This document shows, one piece after another, positions 30,294 through 37,974 of a DNA stretch of 64,000 nucleotides. Position numbers and translations under genes: made by a program. Source of the DNA: a candidate division WOR-3 bacterium (GTDB taxonomy: Bacteria > Hydrothermota > 32-111); contig JBDRZU010000001.1 of NCBI GenBank assembly GCA_039804105.1, forward strand, positions 96,001 to 160,000. Direction: 5' to 3'. The notes below the pieces were generated by a model. That model saw only the letters and a list, made by a program, of their open reading frames with translations. It was not told where the DNA came from and ran no database searches. Within the stretch, counting starts at the first letter, position 1. Each line of letters begins with the position of its first letter.

Positions 30294-32327
30294 ATGAGAA
30301 AATTACTTGGTCTTTTCATTTTTATAGTTTCTTTTAATTTTCTTTTTCCTTATGAGATAAAAGTTGAGAAGAACAAATTCGATTGCCCAACGAATTCAAT
30401 TCTAAAAGAGCCCATAAAGTTAAAACTTTATCATGAAAAACAGGATTCAGTTGATGAAAAAAATTTTCTCGTTGTATTCGAAAAAGTTTATGGAGATATT
30501 GAGGTCGAACAGGATAGTTTAAAATTTGAAAATGGAGAAATATTTGTGTATCCAAAAATTGGCAAAAAGATGGGTACAAACATTTTGAGAGCAAATGTGT
30601 TTTATAAAGGGTATCAAATTGATAAATTTGATTTTAAAGTTGTTGGTTTGAACTGGATTGAAATAATAGTGATACTTTTGGGAGGACTTGGGTTATTCCT
30701 TTTCGGAATGAAGTTTATGTCTGATTCTTTACAAAATTTTGCAGGAGAGAGAATAAAATTTTTCATCACAAAGATGACGAAGAATACTTTTTTTGGTGTT
30801 TTAACAGGCGGAATAGTAACATCGTTTATACAGTCTTCCTCAGCAACTACTGTCATTGTTGTTGGACTTGTGAATGCTGGACTTATGACTTTAACACAAT
30901 CTATTGGAATAATTATGGGAGCAAATATAGGAACGACGATGACAGCACAACTGATAGCGTTCAAACTGGAATCTCTTGCTTTGCCTGCAATAACTGCTGG
31001 TGTTTTAATGATACTATTTGGATCAAGAAAGGTTAAAATAGCAGGTGAGACGATTTTTGGTTTTGGTCTTTTATTTTATGGGATAAGTTTAATGTCCTCT
31101 TCAATATCACCTTTAAAGGAATCACATAAACTTGTTGAATTTATGATGAAATTTGAAGATTCTCCAATACTTTCGATGTTGACAGGGATGGTAATAACAA
31201 TGATAGTTCAATCATCATCAGCAACTGTTGGTTTAACAATGGTAATTACTGTTCAAGGTTTGATAGGAATCAACACTGCTGTTCCTCTAATATTGGGAGA
31301 GAATATAGGAACAACGATAACTGCACTTCTTGCTTCACTCTCATCTAACATTAATGGGAAAAGGGCTGCTATAATACATTCTCTTTTTAATGTTATAGGT
31401 GTTTTTTATATGATGTTAAGTATATATTTTGTAAAGGTAAACGGTGTTCCCTTGTATTATAAATTTTTGGAATTTATAACCCCAGGAAACAACTTCGCAG
31501 GTGAAAATGTACAAAGGTATATAGCTAATTCACACACATTTTTCAATGTTTTTAATACGATCGTGTTCCTACCATTTGCAAGAATTTTGGAAAATATAAG
31601 TAAATTTTTAATAAAAGATAAAAAAGGTGTTAAAGATAACTTCTTTTCACCAAAATATCTTGACAAAAACCTTCTGTTGAACCCACACCTTGCGCTTTAC
31701 AATGTGAAGAAGGAGATGATGGAAATGATTGATGTTGCATCACAATCGATTGAACTTGCAACAAAAATTTTAATTGAAGGAAATCAGGAATTTATCGAAC
31801 AGGTTAGAAAACTTGAAATGAAAACGGATATACTTCAAAATGAGATTACAAACTACCTCATTTCGATTTCAAAAGAGGACCTAACAGATCAGGAGTTTTC
31901 ACAGATTCCCGTTCTGATACATTCTATAAATGATATTGAAAGGGTTGGTGATCATTCGATAAACATCTTAGAGTTTGCCTCGATGATTAGAGATAACAAG
32001 ATTGAACTTCCTAAAGAAGCATATGAAGAGATAAAAAGTATGAGTGAAGTTTTACAAAAAATGATGAAGGAAGCGTATTATGCTATAGAGGATCTTTCTC
32101 TTGAAAGGGTCAATGAAATTTTTGTTCTTGAAGAGAAATTGAACGATTTTGAAAAAAGGTATAACAGAACACATCTTTTAAGAGTTTCAAACAAATCATG
32201 TTCAAGTGATTCAGCAGCAATTTTTACAGACATTTTAACTTCATACGAAAGATGTGGAGATCATATAACAAATATAGCTGAAGCGATAAAAAATAAATTT
32301 CAATGGAGTAAAAATGATAAAGTTTAA
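30294..32327 (+). CDS. Na+/phosphate cotransporter (NptA/YjbB family) with extra N-terminal exported domain and C-terminal PhoU repeats
   Basis: GGLGLFLFGM, two QSSSAT motifs, GANIGTT/GENIGTT, DIERVGDH and ERCGDH PhoU motifs. Confidence 0.93.
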   Translation: MRKLLGLFIFIVSFNFLFPYEIKVEKNKFDCPTNSILKEPIKLKLYHEKQDSVDEKNFLVVFEKVYGDIEVEQDSLKFENGEIFVYPKIGKKMGTNILRANVFYKGYQIDKFDFKVVGLNWIEIIVILLGGLGLFLFGMKFMSDSLQNFAGERIKFFITKMTKNTFFGVLTGGIVTSFIQSSSATTVIVVGLVNAGLMTLTQSIGIIMGANIGTTMTAQLIAFKLESLALPAITAGVLMILFGSRKVKIAGETIFGFGLLFYGISLMSSSISPLKESHKLVEFMMKFEDSPILSMLTGMVITMIVQSSSATVGLTMVITVQGLIGINTAVPLILGENIGTTITALLASLSSNINGKRAAIIHSLFNVIGVFYMMLSIYFVKVNGVPLYYKFLEFITPGNNFAGENVQRYIANSHTFFNVFNTIVFLPFARILENISKFLIKDKKGVKDNFFSPKYLDKNLLLNPHLALYNVKKEMMEMIDVASQSIELATKILIEGNQEFIEQVRKLEMKTDILQNEITNYLISISKEDLTDQEFSQIPVLIHSINDIERVGDHSINILEFASMIRDNKIELPKEAYEEIKSMSEVLQKMMKEAYYAIEDLSLERVNEIFVLEEKLNDFEKRYNRTHLLRVSNKSCSSDSAAIFTDILTSYERCGDHITNIAEAIKNKFQWSKNDKV

Positions 32328-33411
32328 AAAACAACTTCAAAATATTCAAAATTATATCCCTGGTAAACCTATAGAAGAGGTCAAACGAGAACTTAACCTG
32401 AAAGGAGAAATTTATAAACTGGCTTCAAACGAAAACCCTTTGGGAATTTCTCCAAAAGCGTTAAAAGTTGTAAAAGAATCTTTAAAAGATTTGAATTTTT
32501 ATCCTGATGACAACAATTTCTATTTGAAAAAAAGATTATCTGAAAAAATTGGTGTTAGTCAGGATATGATCGTTTTAGGAAATGGCTCGGTTGAAATAAT
32601 AAACAATCTTGTATTCGCTTTTACCGAAAAAAATGATAAAGTTTTGCGTCCAACACCTTCATTCATTATGTTTAAGATTTCAGGAATTTTAAATGGATGT
32701 AAGGTCTTTGATGTTCAACATAAAGATTTTAGAACTGATATATCTTCAATCGTAAGTATGTTAAAAAGATCAAAATTTAAAATTCTTTACCTTGACAATC
32801 CAAACAATCCACTTGGAAGTATGATTTTTGAGGATGAACTTAAATATTTGCTGAAAAATGTTCCCTCTGATACATTGGTTTTACTCGATGAAGCATACAA
32901 CGATTATCTTGATGATAATGTGAGAATAGATTCAACAAAATTTTTAAAAAAGTATAAAAACCTTGTTATATTGAGAACATTTTCAAAAATTTATGGACTC
33001 GCAGGGTTAAGGGTTGGATATGGCATTTCAAACAATGAAATAATCTCTATACTTCAAAAGGTTAGATTACCTTTCAATGTTAACCTTCTTGCTCAAAGAG
33101 CAGCACTTGCTGCACTCGATGATGAAAAGCACCTAAGAAAAAGTAAAAAATTAAACGATGAAGGATTAAAGTTTTTAACTGAAAAATTGAGGGAAATGGG
33201 TTTTTATGTTATTGATAGTTACACGAATTTTATAACTTTTGACTGCAAGTGTAATGGAAAAACTATTTTTGAAAAATTGCAAAAAAAGGGAGTTATTGTA
33301 AGACCAATAGATAATTATGGACTTGACACATTTTTAAGAGTAACAACTTCAACTGAAAAGGGAAATAGAATCTTTGTTCAAAAATTAAAGGAGGTTTTAA
33401 ATGAAATTTAA
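32314..33411 (+). CDS. hisC: Histidinol-phosphate aminotransferase
   Basis: YIPGKP, KLASNENP, NPNNPLG, DEAY and RTFSKIYGLAGLRVGY motifs. Confidence 0.93.
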   Translation: MIKFKKQLQNIQNYIPGKPIEEVKRELNLKGEIYKLASNENPLGISPKALKVVKESLKDLNFYPDDNNFYLKKRLSEKIGVSQDMIVLGNGSVEIINNLVFAFTEKNDKVLRPTPSFIMFKISGILNGCKVFDVQHKDFRTDISSIVSMLKRSKFKILYLDNPNNPLGSMIFEDELKYLLKNVPSDTLVLLDEAYNDYLDDNVRIDSTKFLKKYKNLVILRTFSKIYGLAGLRVGYGISNNEIISILQKVRLPFNVNLLAQRAALAALDDEKHLRKSKKLNDEGLKFLTEKLREMGFYVIDSYTNFITFDCKCNGKTIFEKLQKKGVIVRPIDNYGLDTFLRVTTSTEKGNRIFVQKLKEVLNEI

Positions 33412-34294
33412 CGATATCGTAATAAAAGCGAAAGAGAGTAAAAAGGTTTTATCGGTTGCCTGTGCTGATGATGAAACAGTTATCAAGGCATGTTATGATG
33501 CATACAAAGAGAATCTTTGTATCCCAATTTTTGTTGGAGATAAAGAAAAGATCAATGAGATAATAGAGAAAAACAATCTTGAAAGAAACCTATTTGAGAT
33601 CGTTGATGAAAAGGACAGAGTTTTAGCATGTGAAAAGGCTGTTAAACTTGTAAGAGATGATAGGGCTGATTTTTTGATGAAAGGTTTTGTTGATACATCC
33701 GTTCTTGGAAAGGCGGTTTTGAACAAGGAGTGGGGGTTGAGAACAGGTAATGTTCTTTCTCATGTTTCTCTTTTCGAAATCGATAGATATCATAAACCTT
33801 TCATATTAACTGATAGTGGGTTTATTATAAAACCTGATCTTACGATGAAAGTTAATATAATAAACAACGCTGTTATGGTTATGAAAAAATTTGGTATTCA
33901 AAATCCAAAAGTTTCAATCCTTGCCGCTATCGAAAAAGTTAATCCTGATATGCCAGAAACTGTTGATGCAGATAATCTGAGAAAGATGAATAGGGAAGGG
34001 CAGATAAAAGATTGCATAGTTGATGGTCCTTTGTCCTTTGATGTAACTGTTTCAAAAGAATCAGCAAAACATAAGAAAGTTACAAGTGATGTCGCAGGTG
34101 ATGCTGATATAATGGTAGTTCCAGATATCGCTTGTGGAAACATTATGGCAAAAACACTTATTTACTGGACAGATTGTAAATTTGCAGGTGCTATAGTTGG
34201 AGCAAAAGCCCCTATCGTTCTTATTTCGCGATCCGATAATGAAAAAAATAAAATGATGTCAATCGCTTTTGCTGCTGCTATTGGAAAGTTTTAA
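33401..34294 (+). CDS. ptb: Phosphate butyryltransferase / phosphate acyltransferase
   Basis: LMKG, LSHV, AAIEKVNP, DGPLSFD, GNIMAK and LISRSD motifs. Confidence 0.9.
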   Translation: MKFNDIVIKAKESKKVLSVACADDETVIKACYDAYKENLCIPIFVGDKEKINEIIEKNNLERNLFEIVDEKDRVLACEKAVKLVRDDRADFLMKGFVDTSVLGKAVLNKEWGLRTGNVLSHVSLFEIDRYHKPFILTDSGFIIKPDLTMKVNIINNAVMVMKKFGIQNPKVSILAAIEKVNPDMPETVDADNLRKMNREGQIKDCIVDGPLSFDVTVSKESAKHKKVTSDVAGDADIMVVPDIACGNIMAKTLIYWTDCKFAGAIVGAKAPIVLISRSDNEKNKMMSIAFAAAIGKF

Positions 34295-35164
34295 TAGATT
34301 TTGTTCTGAAAGGTATGGTGGGAAATAGTTTTCTTTTAGGTTTTCGTTAAGTTTGTTATAAATTTTTTCATCGTGTACCAATTTCGAATGGATAATTTTT
34401 GTTGAATAGGTTGAAAATTGACTTTTGAAAAATGATAGAGAATCATTTTCTTTAAATCCACCACCGAGACCTATATATTTTATATTTCTTTCAAAACAAA
34501 ATCTATAAAATTCATAGATCAAAAATATATTTGCATTATTTTTTTTACCCTTTTCGGTAGAAAAGTTGGCGACATAGTAAGATGTATCATCCGAGTAAAA
34601 AAATAAACTTGAAGCGACTTCTTCATCGTTAAAGAATGCTGAAAATTTAATGCTGAAAGGTGCAATGAGTAATTTTTTTAAACTTTCTTCATCATAGAAA
34701 AATTCATTTTTATATTTTAAAGTACCTTTAATAATCCCAATATCTTTATCATTTTTTACTGTTTTTACTGTAATTTTTTCTTTCGCTTTTTTTATAGAAT
34801 ACCTTGTTCTTGATGGTAAGTTCTCAAGATATAAAGAAGGATTTTTATCAGTTTCTATTACAAAAAATCTTGATGATTCATTTTTTTGATCAAGTTTAAG
34901 TATATTGTTTAAGAATGGATTATATCTTATGAATTCACATACGATTTGATTTTTTTTTATAAAATTCTTCAATTCAGTATAAAATTCTTTGAGTTCATTA
35001 TCTGAATAATTTTTTTTGATCAGAATCCCTTGATAACCAAGAGAAGAAATAGATTTATAACCATTGAAATTTACGATTAAAAATGGATAGAGAAAAGCAT
35101 CCGTCTCAATTTTCGAAAGTTTGAAAAATTCTATAAATTCATCGGTGAAAAAGATATCTTTCAT
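34259..35164 (-). CDS. FemAB-like GNAT family acyl/aminoacyltransferase
   Basis: GYQG, IVCEFIRYNPF, RYSIKKA, LGGG...DSLSFFKSQFS, FPPY. The 3' end overlaps ptb by 36 nt. Confidence 0.7.
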   Translation of the reverse strand: MKDIFFTDEFIEFFKLSKIETDAFLYPFLIVNFNGYKSISSLGYQGILIKKNYSDNELKEFYTELKNFIKKNQIVCEFIRYNPFLNNILKLDQKNESSRFFVIETDKNPSLYLENLPSRTRYSIKKAKEKITVKTVKNDKDIGIIKGTLKYKNEFFYDEESLKKLLIAPFSIKFSAFFNDEEVASSLFFYSDDTSYYVANFSTEKGKKNNANIFLIYEFYRFCFERNIKYIGLGGGFKENDSLSFFKSQFSTYSTKIIHSKLVHDEKIYNKLNENLKENYFPPYLSEQNLLKLSNSSSKSD

Positions 35165-35952
35165 TTAACTTCAACTATTTTGCCAAGGAGTTTATCTTTG
35201 TTGACCAATAAAAATGCCCTTTTATCTTTATCATACAAAAATTTTAATACAAATTTTTTTTGATATTTTTCCCCCAAATATTCATCTGATGAAATTTTGT
35301 AAACTCTATACCCAAAGAGTATATTTTTGTTAGAAGAGAAGACATAGTAAAATCCATCATCCTCAGAAAAATTTTTTTTACTCTTTTCGAATTCGGTTGA
35401 GTCATCTTTTTCTAAATGTTGTTCAACATATTCTGTAAATTCGTTTAACAAGTTTTTATCAACAGTTTTTCCATCCCATTCATTTAAAACTTTTCTTGAA
35501 AATGCATATCTTTCCTTTTGTATAACAATTGAATCGTATTTGATCTTTTCTATCAGAAGATTTTTTACGACGAAAGGTTTTTTAAAATATTCAAAAATTT
35601 CTTCATCTTTAAAACCTTTTTCAATTTTTTCAAAATCGATTTTTAAATCATTCTTATGCATGTTAAAATAAAAATCTATACTTTTGTCAGAAACATCTAT
35701 ACCTTCCTCTTTTGCAATTTTGAAGAAAATATGATTTTTAACTATCTCGTCAACTATGTTACAATCAAGAACATAGTCGAGTGAGTTGATTATTTTATAA
35801 AACTCTTTGTATCTTAAAAAATACTCATAAGAAATCTTTTTATCATCTATTGAAAAGATTGTTTTACTCTGATATTTTGAATAAGTTAAGTATGTTGTAA
35901 TAAGAAAGAATAACATTATTAAAAATAGAATATTAAATTTTTTGTTTTTCAT
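35161..35952 (-). CDS. Membrane-anchored SurA/PrsA N-terminal-domain-like protein
   Basis: N-terminal TM; FSIDDKKIS...IVDEIVKNHIFFKIAKEEGIDVSDKSID resembles SurA-N; no clear PPIase domain. Confidence 0.55.
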   Translation of the reverse strand: MKNKKFNILFLIMLFFLITTYLTYSKYQSKTIFSIDDKKISYEYFLRYKEFYKIINSLDYVLDCNIVDEIVKNHIFFKIAKEEGIDVSDKSIDFYFNMHKNDLKIDFEKIEKGFKDEEIFEYFKKPFVVKNLLIEKIKYDSIVIQKERYAFSRKVLNEWDGKTVDKNLLNEFTEYVEQHLEKDDSTEFEKSKKNFSEDDGFYYVFSSNKNILFGYRVYKISSDEYLGEKYQKKFVLKFLYDKDKRAFLLVNKDKLLGKIVEVK

Positions 35953-36470
35953 AAAATCGTTATATTCTGTTTTATTACTTCATTTAAAAATAAAAGGTAG
36001 GAAGGATGAACATTATTTTTGTATCTCTCAGAATGATGTGGAACAAAACCTTCCTTATTGTATTTTATCAAGAGATTTTTTATTATGTCTATATTATAAT
36101 TCTCTATTTGTGATAAAATTAAATTTATAATGTTTTCATCTATTGGGAGTATATATTCATCTGAATAAAAATCGAAATTTTGTAAAAAAAGTTCAGCCAG
36201 AAGTTTTGCAGATTTATATTTTCTTAGGAATGGAGTTATATGGACACGGGTGCATCTCTCTGAAATCTGCTGAAAAATTTCATTTGTTCTTATCATCTGA
36301 TGGTTTGCAAGGTATTCGTTTTTTATCTTTTCACCTATATATTTTAAATCAGGCCTTTCCTTTAAAATATGGAAAGGCCCTGAATGTGCCTGTATGATAA
36401 ATTTTGCTATGTCAACCTCTTCTACAAATTCACCGTAAAGGTTAAGTTCATCCTGTAAATAGTTATGCAT
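35949..36470 (-). CDS. Conserved hypothetical protein (D.AK...Q...GP.H / HHS..Y....HPSY)
   Basis: Start at 36470 overlaps the pilX-like stop (TGATG); two His-containing motif clusters. Confidence 0.65.
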   Translation of the reverse strand: MHNYLQDELNLYGEFVEEVDIAKFIIQAHSGPFHILKERPDLKYIGEKIKNEYLANHQMIRTNEIFQQISERCTRVHITPFLRKYKSAKLLAELFLQNFDFYSDEYILPIDENIINLILSQIENYNIDIIKNLLIKYNKEGFVPHHSERYKNNVHPSYLLFLNEVIKQNITIL

Positions 36471-37963
36471 CAATAAACCTCTTTCCACCCGATAAGTTTA
36501 TAGAATCTTAAGTCCTGTTCAACTGTTTGTGACAAGGCATCTTTCGAATACATGAAAAACATTCTTTTGTTACCTGATGTGTGTATATCATCGATGTAAC
36601 CTTTGACCATCATAGCACCCAAAACCCAGAAGTCGTAGTTACCACCAGGGATTGAATTTTCAAGTAAATTTTCTTGAATGTATAAGAGTCCTTTATGTTG
36701 AAAACTTCTTGAACCTGCTCTTAATCTTACACTTCCATTGACCCATATTATTCCAACTGTTTGAGAGTTGATCGTTGGGATTTCTATTACTGAACCTGGC
36801 CCTGCACCCAATTTGAAATATCTTATATTAACAGGATCATTTACAAGAGATGTTTCCCAGTTTATCGCTTCATTCATTTCTGCTTCAGAAGAGTATCCTA
36901 ACACCTCGTAAAGTTCAGGTATAACAAGATCATATTTGATTATTATATCTGGGTTTCCAAAAATGTGTGATTTTGTTGCTCCATAGTTGCCAACACTTGA
37001 AGATGTTGTTGCAATACCAGCAAGACAACCAGCTCTTGTGCAGTATGGATCATATTCGAGACGGTTTATGTTCCATGTGTGTTTATAGTAGTTATAAAAA
37101 TAATGGTTCTTCCCAGGATGTGAATCAACAGAATCTATCTCAACATGGTAAAGCGGTTTTCCTGTTGCATATGAACCGGTTCCTGACTGAACTGCCCAGC
37201 ATGAAACAGCAGGTGTTGATGAACCTGGTTGAAGTGGTGCAGAAGTTGTTGGGTCAAAAGGACAAACATTAAATGGAGTTGAAAGAAGATGGTTGTGTCC
37301 ACAAACATAAACATCAGTATTACCTGTCATCTGCCAGGCAATAGTTGATGAAGATAATGCTGATTGAACTTTTATGTTAACTTCCTGTTTTGAAATCTCA
37401 GCAAGAATCTTTTTTACCGCTTTACCAGACCTTGCTGTTATTTCAACCAATTCAACTGGTGGGTATTCGACAACAAGTGATGGTGGCCCCAAGAATTGTT
37501 TTTCAGTTTTTGAATCATAATAATAGATTTGAGTTTTATCCTCATTTGTTTTGTGTCTTATTGTTAAAGAAACACCTTCCTCATACTCTTTTGTTGTATA
37601 GTCCATCTCAGGGTTGTCTGGATCAAAATTATCGAGTTCTGTTTGAAGTGAAGTTTTGTAAAAAATTCCAGTAGTTGAATCATCCCGATCTGAATGATCC
37701 TCAAAAAGTATCACTGTTGTCCAGTTTGGATTCAAAGGAACAGAAGTATCTCCGATAAATGCTGGATCTGAAGGCGGAAGATTCATCCTGTGTTTTATTT
37801 CATCAAGTGCTGATTCAGCAACAGATATGACTTGAACTGAGTGCGCTTGATAGATAGAAATTGCTGTTTCATTTTTTATTGTGAAAAACATTCCTGCTGC
37901 AAGGAGTGATAACATCAAAAGGATCATTATGGTTGTAACGAGTGCAATTCCTTTCTTTTCCAT
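36470..37963 (-). CDS. PilX-like minor pilin (497 aa)
   Basis: Class III signal KKG|IALVTTIMILL lacking Glu5, as in PilX/GspK; VAESALDE helix; Cys-containing globular C-terminus; AAGGAG SD. Confidence 0.85.
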   Translation of the reverse strand: MEKKGIALVTTIMILLMLSLLAAGMFFTIKNETAISIYQAHSVQVISVAESALDEIKHRMNLPPSDPAFIGDTSVPLNPNWTTVILFEDHSDRDDSTTGIFYKTSLQTELDNFDPDNPEMDYTTKEYEEGVSLTIRHKTNEDKTQIYYYDSKTEKQFLGPPSLVVEYPPVELVEITARSGKAVKKILAEISKQEVNIKVQSALSSSTIAWQMTGNTDVYVCGHNHLLSTPFNVCPFDPTTSAPLQPGSSTPAVSCWAVQSGTGSYATGKPLYHVEIDSVDSHPGKNHYFYNYYKHTWNINRLEYDPYCTRAGCLAGIATTSSSVGNYGATKSHIFGNPDIIIKYDLVIPELYEVLGYSSEAEMNEAINWETSLVNDPVNIRYFKLGAGPGSVIEIPTINSQTVGIIWVNGSVRLRAGSRSFQHKGLLYIQENLLENSIPGGNYDFWVLGAMMVKGYIDDIHTSGNKRMFFMYSKDALSQTVEQDLRFYKLIGWKEVY

Positions 37964-37974
37964 ACAAAACTCCT

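Noticed and set aside
30240..34000. Two GGGAAGGG (KOPS-like) octamers on the + strand
   Set aside because: Only two noticed, both in coding sequence, and the KOPS motif of this lineage is unknown.
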